Source of the DNA: Azolla caroliniana
Taxonomy: Eukaryota; Plantae; Polypodiophyta
Assembly (NCBI GenBank): GCA_043228905.1
Contig: JBHGNT010000009.1
Location: 992,001 to 1,056,000, forward strand
Length of the DNA: 64,000 nt
Reading direction: 5' to 3'
Position 1 is the stretch's first letter; each line of letters opens with the position of its first letter. The notes under the pieces are model-generated. The model was given only the letters and a program-made list of their open reading frames with translations. It was not told the origin of the DNA and made no database searches. The translations under genes were made by a program, and so were the position numbers. This document shows positions 51,955 to 64,000 of the stretch, piece by piece.

Positions 51955-54582
51955 ATCAAACAACAAAATCCAATGGCATTGCTAATTAGTGCATGTTTCT
52001 TCTTCTTTTTTTGCCAAAATTTGCAAATCTCCATCTAGATTCACATAGTTATTTGTTCAAATGATATTGAGCAATAGCTAAAGGTTCTTATTGTAAAACA
52101 TCTCAAAATTTGTACATAATCATGCAAAACTTCATTTCATAAATTGAAACTCGCCATTTTTCAATAACCAAAATGCTAAATTAGGTTTTTCTTGAAAATT
52201 GGACAATCAATTGCTTTGTTTAACGTCCATTGTCCACACAAATCATGGTGCATAAGAACATTCACAAAATCTATCGGTACTTCACAAAATGGTTTTGTGT
52301 CAAGCTAAGAAAAGGTGAGATCAATCTCGTCTTACCTTATTACTCATGCTCATATGTACAAGCCAAATGACACCTATACCATACTTGACAATCTTATATG
52401 TTATTATGAGGATGTGTTGATGATCATGATAAGCTATACAAACGCTAGCATTTGTTTAGAATTTAGGTCAAGTTTTAAAGCGTACAACATATAATGCATT
52501 GAATACTACCAACATTATTAGGTTACTTTCACATCTACTCAATGCTTTTGTTACACATAAGTGGATGTAAACAATGTATAATGAGCTTAAAATGTGACCA
52601 ATGCTTTCCATTCCATCTACAAGACAATACAACACACGATAGATGCTTTACAATAATAACTAGAAGTTGAGAGATCTTGATTACATTACATACGTGCACA
52701 TTTAAGAAAGTTGAATTTCCACTACAATGAATGTGAATGTAAGACTTGTTTTTAAATCAATAACTAAACATGAGTTGCACAAGAAAGGATGTTTTTAATG
52801 TAGTTATCCAACATGTTATTCAACAAGCCAATTTGTTAGAAAACAATAATCCTATGTTAATATATGGAGGTCATTCATGCCACATGATAACCTTCACATG
52901 TTTATATAGACATTACCCCCTGTAGCTAGAAGTCCTATAGATATTTATCAGTACTGCCATGGAACACTCAAATAGAACCCTAGGAAGATCACAATATTCT
53001 TCTATCATGCTATAGGCTTTTTAAGACTTGTTTATTACATATCGGACTGTATGAGGATAATTCTTTTTAGCCCATCAACATGTGTTTTGAATGGACAACA
53101 AGAAAGTAAATGCATAAAAGCGTGACAAAAGTACACATTGCAATGATTTTATTTTCTTCCAAGTACAAACAACACGTGAGGATAATGAATTTTCATAGAG
53201 CATTTCGTTGTGATATAATCATTTAGTTAAGACTTTAATCTAAATAAACCATAATCCTCTAGTATTTTTAACCCGAATGGTCAAATCACAATACTCAATT
53301 TTGCCAGACAACTATAATTTCTACCCTATACTATAGTTTAGGAATTTCCTTTTTCTTTTTATTTATACCATACGTTATATTAAAACGAATCATCCAATGA
53401 GACATACTAAAGCTCCTTCTCAAATCAATGCTTTTACATCCAACTAATACAATGGTTTCTACTTCCACTTTACATCATATGATTCTTTATTTTGACACAA
53501 ATGTTAAACTGCTTAGTTGTACAAGAGGCATTCTCCATTAAATACAAAATTAGCGTCATGAAATTAGCATATGACTCTTTTGCATTATATTTTGCCTATA
53601 TGATGTTATAGTTCCATACACATGTCAAATTTATGCCCCATAGTTATCTAGGTCTTCCTTTTCTTTGCCATATTGTCCTTTCTTATGCTCTTGCTTCCTT
53701 CAAGAGCTAGTTAAGAATCAAGCATGCATTACTAGCACACTTTTGTATAATTTACAAAGTCTATGAAGTGTTTTTGTTTTCTCTTTTTAAGCTATTGTTT
53801 AACCTAAAACAATGATAACATAATTAACACAACAAGTATAAACGCATTAATCTTCTTGAGTTTAAGTCGAATAGTGTTTAGTAATCCACAATGGTTTGGT
53901 TAGTTTTGGAAGTCCCAAATCCAAACCACATTGTTTTAACTTCTTGAAACCTAAAGTGACCTTAACCAAACCATGAAACATCTCAACTAAAACCATTTGA
54001 TGGATTCTCAAGATTGAACCAAAACTATTCCCTTTTAAAAGATCTACATAATCTTGTGGTTTAATTGGGCTCGAGCTAAATCCTTGCCAATCATTAAATG
54101 TATTTGGATGGGTTAATTTAATAGAGTCAATTTATACATCTAATAAATATCTCAAAAATGCCCACAAAATTCGTTAAGTTGATCAAGTGACCATTTGAAC
54201 CTAGATACACCCCAAACTATTATGCAAATAAAAGTTCAAATTGAACCATTGAAACCCCAACGCAAACATTGCGTTGTCACTTGTCCATCCAATTGCGGTT
54301 TTAGGGTTCAATTGCTAAAAACAAATTGTTCCCAATTCCTACTAACGTTTATTCACTTTTCTAGCTTACTTGATCCTTCACTTGTTTCTTCTAGTACCTA
54401 ACTTTACAATATCACTAACAAAGATAATGTTTCCCTCTATAAGGCAACGTACATAATGCGAACATAATATAATTTAGTTTTGAGACATGGCATATGATCA
54501 TGATTCATGATTGAAGTAGTAGAGGATAAAATATCTAATTCCATTTTGTACGTACACATACAAGTGGGGCTTAAAATAAGCG

Positions 54583-54752
54583 ATGCTTTAGTAGATGCGA
54601 TGAGGATTTCATTTTGTTGGTAGACAAGCAAATGGGGCACATTGAAATTATAAACCCATGCTTTAGTAGATTCGATGAGGATTTCATTTTGTAGGTAGAC
54701 AAGCAAATGGGGCACATTGAAATTATAAACCCATGCTTTAGTAGATCCAATG
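54583..54752. repeat. 75-bp tandem repeat, about 2.3 units
   Basis: ATGCTTTAGTAGAT.CGATGAGGATTTCATTTTGT.GGTAGACAAGCAAATGGGGCACATTGAAATTATAAACCC repeated. Confidence 0.9.
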
Positions 54753-56499
54753 AGCATGATATATTTAGAAATCACAAAAAAGTAGAGAAATATATGAAGT
54801 AGCTAAGATTAGGAGGTTCTTCTAAATAACATATACACTTTGTTTGGAATTTATTACGATAAAAAATCCCTACAAGATGTAAAAATTCCATCATTAACCA
54901 TTGCCCATCAAGTACTTATAATTGATTATGATCTTTTGGATGAAATTGTGATGGTTCAACTTAGAACTCTACTAGTATCAACAAAATTCTCTAACTACAA
55001 CTAAAAAAAATGATTGAGGGCATATCTAGTCAATTAAGATGATACCCATGCAACAACCATGAATATAAGATACAAGGCTTGAATCATAAAAGGGTTAATG
55101 GCGCATCCAACAAGGCTTATAGGGGTGTGTAACACGTTGGTGTTAGCATTCAAGTAAATGTGCATGAAGCCAACTACCCAACATCAACATAAATTCAAAT
55201 GTATGATTTACCTTATCAAAATTGACCATGTATGATCTATATGATTAACTTGAAGCATAACATTAGCTGATTCGATCTGCATATGTTATTGCATTAGATA
55301 TCGAGGGTTGAGAATGAAGATTGCAACCATAAGCTTCCAATGGGATGATCAAGGACCATCAAATAATTATGAGTGGCTAACTTGAATTGCGTAGGGAATT
55401 TTGTAAAGAGGAAATGCAATGGTCAAAGGTTGATTGGTCAAACTAGTATGACCCATCAACCTAACTATGTAAAGAGGAAAACTAGTGCCTTTAAAGTGTG
55501 GAGTTGGCTACTTATGTTGATAATTATTTTGGAATTGAACTATTTTAATATATTGTGCAAAAGAGGGGAGTTTGATTTACTATAAAATATTTTGTGAACT
55601 TCATATAGAATCCTAAAGCAACTTATCATAGTAGGAGGGGCAATGAGATGTCATAAAGTATCTACTAACTTTATACAAAAGATATCTTCACTTACAAGTT
55701 ACACTTACAAGATTGATAGACTTGAACGCACATTCTCAAGTGAAGTGTGTAGTTGAGCTTAATACCTCAATATGCCAGTCAATTGTATTTATGTTGTAAT
55801 GGTTGTTAGATAGAGTCAACGATCATCCCCAAGTTGTCAATTTATCCACACATGTATTCTTAGGGTGCACATGTTGTCATAGCACCCAAAATGAATAGTA
55901 ACTACGGTGCAACTTAACCATATGTCAAGATGTCAATGTGAAATTGTAGTTGAGTATGACATAATGTGTTTAGCAACGAGAAAACTAGGATAACAAGATT
56001 GATTAATTAAGTCAACTAGAAGAATATTCTTTATTAGCAGGTTAAGATGTACTTAGTCTTAAAATATGTGCCATCGACTTTGAGTATGAACTATTAGACT
56101 GCCTAAAGTTGAACACTCATTGTTTGGAATTGCATATCTATGGAATAAATGCTTGGATTAAGTGATGCAACTCACGATAGAGATATTATATTTTTGGTTG
56201 AAACTTGGGAACATGGTGTATACGGTACACCTAATATTTATGGCTGGATCATAAAATCTATATTGCCTTGCACTTGAAGTAATATTGGGTGAGGAGTGGC
56301 ATGTATTTATCGTGACGGCTTGGAAACCTAATATGGGTATGTAAGTATGATGAATACATATGATATATATTGAAGCACTTTATCTGGCATGTTGTTAGAT
56401 TCCTTATATAGAATCCAACCACTATAATTTGTATGAGCTAGATTGCTATGGTCGTTTTTCTATTGTTTCCGATGTTTACATTTGAAACATTTTGCTTGT

Positions 56500-57240
56500 G
56501 GGAGAAATCAATACTAGAGTTGGGACTTATCAAAATCGGAAGCAAATGATAATGTTACAGTGTCAAATTTGACGTGTGATCTACAAGATTATATTGCATC
56601 TGATCATGGTAGGCTTCTCTTACACATGCTTAAGTGCACAAAGTTGCATATTCTCAATAATACATATGTGATTCCAAAGACAAAGATTTTGGCATGTCTT
56701 CAAGCCTAGGAGGAGGAAGTGTAGTTGACTATGTCTTGGTGAAAGAATGTGATGCATCCATAGTGAACACATTTAGTATTGGCCCATTGTTACCTCACTC
56801 GAACCACAACCTCTTTATACTTGGATATTGCAACCAAAAACTCACACATCAACAAATGCTATAGTAAAAAGGAAAAGAGGTACATTATCCGACCTTGCTA
56901 TGGAAACAAGGTTGAGGGTTAAATGATGAACCTCTCTTTTAGTCAAAATGTGAAAACAAAATTGGAAGTAAAATAAGGTATTAATATTTTAGTGCACACA
57001 TAGGTGTGGACATTGGATGCAATGGAAGGCTCACCTCAAAATGTTCAAGCTCAAAAAAGATAAAATGAGAGATCCCTAACATTGTATCAATATCGAAGAA
57101 TGGTGAGGAGAAAGAAGAGGCAATACTATCAAATGCAAGAGAAGAAGAAAACACGAACATTTAGACTCCAACCAAAGCTAGCATTTTCAAATCCACTTGG
57201 ATGGTTTTACAATATTTAGAAACATTTTATTTGGAAGTTT
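56500..57240 (+). mobile_element. Degenerate LINE APE-endonuclease fragment
   Basis: HGRLLLHMLKCTKLHILN, GGSVVDYVLV and PHSNHN (SDH-like) motifs in the expected order; interrupted frame. Confidence 0.6.
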
Positions 57241-58250
57241 CCTAAGTTCGGGATAAAAACTTGAGACCAAATCACTCCCATTGGTATAATGGTAGGAATA
57301 AGTTTTTGAGCAAATATTGGGCTCCACATGGATGCAATATAAACAAAGATGGTCTAAGAAATAAGATAAATTGCTTGCTTCATGGTGCCCTAGAAGACTC
57401 TTGTTGGATGAGGTTTCCTTCAACATAAACATATCACATATCACATATCACATGTGTGATGTGAAGGCTCATATTTCACACATGTATGACGTGTATTATG
57501 CGCCAAAAAAAAAAGCCTTCCCCAAAGAATCAAAGCCATTACCCCTTATCACCACGATCCCATCATCTCTTGCCTATAACCCATACCATTGCTTCCATAT
57601 GATTTATGCTTACTTCGCATTCTCTCCAATATTGAGACTCAGCATTGGAGAACCAAATAGGAGAATTGTTGACTATATACGCTCCATCCCAAACCAGTTC
57701 GTAAGTTTAAGCATTACAATCTACAACAATGACCACCATTTTTTCCAACTGAACCTATCTAAGCATCTCTCCCACTATAATGGGCACTCTACAGAAACAT
57801 TCACCAGGAAAATCCTCCCTTTCAGAGTCAAAATGGTGTGAAAAAAACTGCAATTGACATGGATCCATTCCATACTTTATCTTGGAAGGTGGCAATGCTC
57901 ATGGTGTTTTATTTTTCATAAAGGTGATGTGTTCGACAATGATGTAAATAAATTTATCTTTGAGATTGTCCCTATGACAAGAACAAGGTAAATAATGGAA
58001 GTTTGTGATTATTCCAAGACAAAATACATTTCAGTATATGAAGTTTTTATGAGGAGAGATTTTAAAAGGCACATTGTAAACAAAAAAAGTCATCTCATTC
58101 AAACTTCTCAGCATATAGATCTTGTCTCTCCAAAAAAATTATAGCTTATAGGAACTTTTTTCCTATAGGATACCGATGCATAACAAAGAAGTTATAGAGT
58201 TTCGGCCTTCCCAATGTAATGTTATATATGAACCTCAAATTGCATATGAC

Positions 58251-61200
58251 CTAGAAATCTGCCTTACCAGGGTATCTGGGGAATGGGATGCTATCACGAA
58301 TATTCTCGAGCCCCGTGGCGAAGAGAATCATCCTCTCAAAACCAAGACCGAATCCTGCATGTTTAACTGATCCATATTTGCGCAAATCAAGATACCAATC
58401 ATAAGGCTCCAATGGCAGTCCCATTTCTCCCAATCTAACAAAAAAAACAGCAATATACACAAAGTTAAGGTGCAGAGAAATTTCTTGGGCAAAAACATGT
58501 GATTTGGATCGATGCCCCATGTTGGAGATCTTTTAAATAGAAAATGCATTCATAAAGACAAATACTAGAAACAAGGTTAGACAAAATTCTTGCGCAAAGA
58601 CATGTGATTTGGATCAATGCCCCATGCTGGAGATCTTTTAAATAGAAAACACATTCATAAAGACAAATATTAGAAACAAGGATCCAGACAATTAGAAACA
58701 AGGTTACACAATATTATATAGTACTCGAGCCATTGTATAGAAATATTTCAGCAGACAGGAGACAAAAGCATAGATATAAGTTAGCATGAAGTGTCACCAC
58801 CATTACTAGAAAGTTGAGGCAGAAGAGAAATATTGATGATCTTAGCTATAGCATGGAACCGTTTATCATTAAAACTTTAGAAGGGATAAGTTACTTTACC
58901 TCTTTTCTAAAACTTCCAAACGCTCCTCTCGTTGACTTCCACCAACTAGTTCACCAACCTTGACAGCCAGAAACAAAATACAAAATTAATGTGATCACTC
59001 AGAAGTCTGAGCTACAGAGTTTTGGTAAAATAAGTGTATTGATGGATTGCTTATAAAGCCTAATCTCTAATGTAAAAAGGGTTGTCTGAGTGAGTCGTGA
59101 CTCAGCATGTGAAGGGGAACATTAGGCATTAAATTTTATATCATTTCATATAATATTTCAAAATGATTCATGTTGCTATGAAGTGAGACATTGAGGTTTC
59201 AATTTAAGTCGAATGCCCACTGGATGATCCATTTGTTGTATGGATGTTCAAATGAGTGATGGAGTTCATGAGGATTAGTGAAGGCTCACATTTAAGTTCT
59301 AGGGCATTAGACAGGCTTCCATCAAGTAGCAGATAAACCTCGTGATGCATTAGATGAATCAGATCTAAAAGCAAGCCTTTTGCTGGTCATTCATTGGGTG
59401 AGGCAACAATACTGCAGTATCAGAGCCCCCATCTCTCCCTCTCTCGAGGTGAACCCACCACCAGCCACTCATGATTATCCATCATAAAAAGTCCCATATC
59501 ATCACTGTGTGGATTGTTGTCATGGCTCCAGCAGAGTTTAACAGGTGATCCATATGATATTCCAGTCGATGTTTTTGCCATTGCCTTATGTCAGACGGAC
59601 AATACATTTGTGATCATCAATGTGTTTTGCAGGGGTAGACATCAGAAAACAGGGTGATGAAAAAAACTGGACAAATATAAAAATAGTCAAATGAAAGAAG
59701 AGCTACTCTCGTAGTGTGCTTCAATACTGACTGAATGAGCCAGCACCTACATTTGCATATTTTCGATTATTGATAAATAGAACTCAAATAAACAATAATT
59801 TCCAGGCTCCACTGTTGTTTTCTCAAGATTCTGCAGTCAGCAAGAAACCTTTTCCTTCCTCGCCAACCTACCAAAAATGCGGCCAGATATTGAAAAACCT
59901 GCTACTGTGAGCATTGTCATGCTTTGGATCACATACAATCTGCATGATGTCATGATGACCTTTCAAAGAAAGCCCTGGCTTATCGATGAATGTCTCTCTT
60001 GTTGACAAGACTACCAGGCGTTCATAGATCGGATGAGATAGGTACATGAACAGATGAGAGATGAATGGTTGAGTTGTATGAGATCATCTGAGATCAAATC
60101 CCACATGCTTGAGCCATCAAAGGAACCCATTCCCCCTCAACCTCACTTAAAGATCTTAGGAGACCGACATTATAGTACACACATGTTGCCCACTAGGATA
60201 CTTCTCAAAATGGGAGGGTGCGTACTTGTTCAAATAAACAACAAAATCACTAAATTCTTCTGCACCAAATTGCACACGTCTCTCCCTATCAATCTCCCGC
60301 AAGGTGGTAAGAAAAAGATCAAATTGCACACAGCTTTTAATCAAGCTTTAGACCTCCTAAGAGCTAAATTACCCTATATCACAGTCTTCTTGGCTTTCCA
60401 CTTTTAATCTGAGAAGTGCTTGAAAAATGAGGAAAATTATGGTGGGACTGCTTGGGAAGCGTGTCAGATGACAGACTCACCAAACATTGTTCCATATTCT
60501 TGAGACAAGATCCTCACATTGAGAGAATTAATTTGAGTTTCATAAGGTCTGAGGATTTATATGTGCATGTTCTTAGTTCAACAATCTGCCGCAAAGTCAA
60601 TATAAGGACAATAAGACTTTAGAAAAAGCTATTAAATTGGCATAGATTCTTGATGATATTATCAAGAAAGTGTCCAGAATGGCTGTAGAGATGTCTTTTA
60701 ATGCACAAGCCAATAAGCAAGACAAGTTCATTCAAAGGAATGAAAAAGTTCTTGGGGACATTATTTGAGTTCCAAATACCTAACTTAGCTAAAGAGCAAA
60801 ATGTAGGCCTCCAAATTTTGGGGCTGCGCCTCCCAAGAGCAGAATAAACTAAAAGACTACATAATAAAAATGACAGGGAGAAGGTTGGAAAACCAATGCA
60901 CACTATCCAAGTCCTAATGTTATAGAACGCCAGTACAAGGAGGTTGAAGCACAACACCACTTTCTAGAACAGCAGACATCAGTGTGCTGTCAGTAAATTC
61001 ATGAAAAAACTAATATTCAGTACCCATGATGAGCTCTGTATACATAACACAAGTAAAGGCTGATGAGAATAAGTATGAGTTCATGATGATGCCTCGAATT
61101 TAAGTTTTTGATAGTTCAAAAACTAAACTCAAACAAGAGCCAACTGAGCACAAGTATCACATCAGTTTTGCCAGAGGACATGTTTCAAACATCTGGAACA

Positions 61201-63916
61201 CACCTGTTTAGAATGTCCATTTCAACCTCCAAGAATGAGCACTTAGATTTATATTGGATAAGGTTGACAAATACTGATATGGTGCTAGGTAGAAAATGGT
61301 TGTGACGTCAACGGCCAACAAGTTACGGCACAAGGATAACAATATTGTGTTACATGGGGAACATGAAGTAGAAGCCTACCAAATAGCTCCCCCTGTGAGA
61401 GTATAGATGTAGCCGTAAGTAGATTTTCTTGTGTCTACATCTCCAACCATGTCAAAATCACAATAGCCATGAAGATTTACGTCCCCTTTGCCATAACAAA
61501 TTCATTTTTTCTTAGTGCCTTTGAGATATCTAAGGATAGAGTTAACTGCAGCCCAAGGGTTTCATCCAGATTGACTCGTAAATCTGATTAGTATTCCTAC
61601 ATATCCAATATCAGGCCGTGTTGGGGCAGGAGGCTTTTCACGCATACACCAGTTTGGTGGAAGAGGGTATAATGATGCCAATGTTGCACAATATGAAACA
61701 CCGTGACCCCAAGCAATTCCTTACGCCAGGTGCAACAGGATTTTATAGGGCATTTTAAAAGGTGAAATGCAAATGTTATTGTCGGAATAATAAAGAGCAG
61801 ATTTCAAAATCCCATACCTCATTTTTGTAACACATTATAAAATAACGATAGCATAGTAGGCCTTAGCAATAAAATTTGATTTTAAAAAACATAAGACTAA
61901 TTGAATGGACACGTGCAAGCACACATTCATGGAACCTAGTCAATAAAAATTTGACATCCAATTTTAATAAAAAGCATAAAGATGCTGAAGTTTTTAAAAC
62001 AAATTCACTCACATTGAGAGAAAGAGAAACACATACCTATATAAACAATAGGATTTGGAAATGTAAGCGGATTGGTGTGTGCTTGAAAACAAGCATAGAG
62101 CCTCTATCCACAAGTGCAAAGGGTCTAAGAAGAAAATGCCAAAATGTTGACAGTGCAAAACGTCACAGTTGATAGAACATAATTAAAGTGGATATGTATA
62201 TATTAAAAATAAACAAGTTGAAAAGACATGCAGAACATCCAAAAAGAACCCAAGTTGGTATTAATTGAAGAAATTGTACATGAGATGATGTGAGATCATT
62301 GCTCTTATATTCTCCCCAAGTAAAAAAAAACCCAAAATGAATCCCCCCTAAATGTCCAAATCTTATTATTTATATAGATTTTTGTGCCTCTCCACGTGTG
62401 TGTGTGTGTGTGTGTGTTGACTTTAGCATATTTGTGCTTTTTGCTAAAATTGGACGCCTAAGTTTTGTAAACCTCGTTTCAACATAGGTGTGCTTTCACA
62501 AGTCCTTCCTACTGAACTTGTATTATTAAGAATAGATTTTGATCATTAAAATCTGCTAACCTATCGGTAGTTTATAATGTGTTACAAAAATAAAGTACAG
62601 GATTTGAAACCCGCACCTCACTCTAGCACAAAATCAACCAAGTTTTACCTTTCAAAATGCCTTATAAAAATCCTAGTGCACGTAATTGTACGGAATAATG
62701 TGGTTCAGAGTGCTTCAAATCCATTGATGTCAAGTTCATTCATCTCTGAAACTCTAGTTCCAAACCTAGAAATAAAAGTTGGTTGGCCTCACATTGACTA
62801 CCTTGTGAGATCCTCGATCTTTACACACTAGTGAGGGAAGCATAATTGTCACTATGTTCGTGAACGATGCTTCGAACCACTAGGATTATGAACAAGTAGA
62901 TGTCAAACCTTCCCATTTTTGTCTATTGATCTTCAATAGACTTTACGGCGGTTCAATGTGGATGTATCATTCATAGTCAATATCCAGTGCTTATATCACA
63001 CTGGAGATTTAGAACTTTGCACCTATAGAGCTACACCATCTTCACGTCAAACATTTGTCTTCTAATTAGAATTCCTATCCCTGAAGTATTTACTTCACAA
63101 CAACATTCTTCCAGAAACATCAAAATGCAGTTGCAAGACATCCATGCAGTTATACAAATAAGTGGATCCAACATATAATAATGTAAACCTTTTGAAAACT
63201 AATCATCAAGCACCTATTTCATTTATGTACAAGGACTTGGCACCTCCATCAATTTTCTACAATAAACCTGAGTAATTGGGAAATTCAGATGATCCAAAGC
63301 TTCCAGCAACAACGGTCTTAATCCAAGCAGTTCCAACTGCCAGTTTCATTTCTGCCATAGTTCGTAGCAACGTCGATGACATAAATACCATCTTCAACAT
63401 TCAAATGTATACATTCTGAACACCATTTGTCAAACATACATCCACCTGTAGAAGTGATTGCATGGACAATAGAAGAGCCCTTCTTAGTAATTGGGAATCT
63501 ACCTATGGATGCACATGATTGATGGGCTCCAAGGGATTAACGAGGGGTTGTCACAGTCTAAGGTATGGAGCATAGGACAAGATTCCACCAAGTGGCAGAC
63601 AAGGGCCACTTTCCGGCTGTGCTCATTGTTGAGAAAAATAACCATATTACAACCATTATAAATTTCTAACACTTGTCATTAAAAAGTAGAACAATGGATC
63701 ATATTATTGAATGGAACCTTAAATGAAATAGAAGCGTGGATCTTTCTTTATTAAGAGGCTTCAAAGTAGATAATAGAAGCACATACCTTTGGCACCAATA
63801 CATCCATGGCTGCAACTGTCTTTCCATCATCATTAAGACGCATATAGAAAGCTTTGATATCCTTGGGATAATTGTACACTATAACAGGTTTTTTGTATAC
63901 CTCTTCAGTCAAATAC
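58251..63916 (-). CDS. Asparaginyl-tRNA synthetase, cytosolic type (SYNC1-like); 3' part only, upstream exons lie beyond the window
   Basis: Exons 63916-63787, 58958-58900, 58434-58251: [43 protein letters not shown]|[20 protein letters not shown]|[60 protein letters not shown] (class II motif 3). Confidence 0.95.
58478..58705. repeat. Tandem duplication of about 105 bp in the last AsnRS intron
   Basis: CATGTGATTTGGATC.ATGCCCCATG.TGGAGATCTTTTAAATAGAAAA..CATTCATAAAGACAAATA.TAGAAACAAGG occurs twice. Confidence 0.9.
59417..63600 (+). mobile_element. Highly decayed Gypsy/chromovirus-like LTR retrotransposon remnant in the 4.8-kb AsnRS intron
   Basis: GTATCAGAGCC (partial tRNA-iMet PBS) at 59417; gag-like GKLWWDC and [10 protein letters not shown] at about 60430-60640; protease-like [12 protein letters not shown] at about 62730; purine tract followed by TGTCACA at about 63549. 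All matches are weak. Confidence 0.45.
61378..61622 (-). mobile_element. Ty1/Copia RT-RNase H junction fragment
   Basis: TRPDIGYV...[15 protein letters not shown]...[32 protein letters not shown] with in-frame stops. Confidence 0.9.
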
Positions 63917-64000
63917 CTATAAGAAGTACAATGTCCCTTATTTGGTTGGTTTGACACTCTAAAAGTTTCTTGACTCTTAATATCATATCTATTCGATGGT

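Noticed and set aside
53890-54030. Third copy of the hAT element (GGTTT/AAACC-rich patch)
   Set aside because: No TIR or TSD recognisable.
54437-54775. 112-aa ORF with a repeated 25-aa peptide; also CRISPR-like periodicity
   Set aside because: A simple 75-bp tandem duplication with no unique spacers; eukaryotic context with no cas genes.

Overview
AT-rich, intron-containing land-plant nuclear DNA; the repeat types and abundant GA/CT microsatellites suggest a fern or other seed-free vascular plant, but that is inference only. Seven genes could be spliced by hand using GT..AG junctions: ATP-citrate lyase subunit B (ACLB, +, 15 coding exons, 608 aa); eIF1/SUI1 (-, 4 coding exons, 113 aa); a nucleotide-diphospho-sugar transferase (GT77/PF03407-like, +, 3 exons, 361 aa); three tandem two-exon DUF599 membrane-protein paralogues (-); and the last three exons of a cytosolic-type asparaginyl-tRNA synthetase (-, continues beyond the window). 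Intergenic DNA is mostly decayed TEs: two copies of a non-autonomous hAT element with TIRs and 8-bp TSDs, several LINE fragments, and Copia plus Gypsy-like remnants in a 4.8-kb AsnRS intron, along with local tandem duplications. The most notable observations are the eIF1 regulatory architecture (poor-context AUG, telobox/splice-donor modules, opposing G4 motifs), asymmetric divergence in the DUF599 array next to a Golgi-type glycosyltransferase, and an unexplained, structured, possibly transcribed block upstream of ACLB. No clearly novel multi-gene system is demonstrable from the sequence alone.
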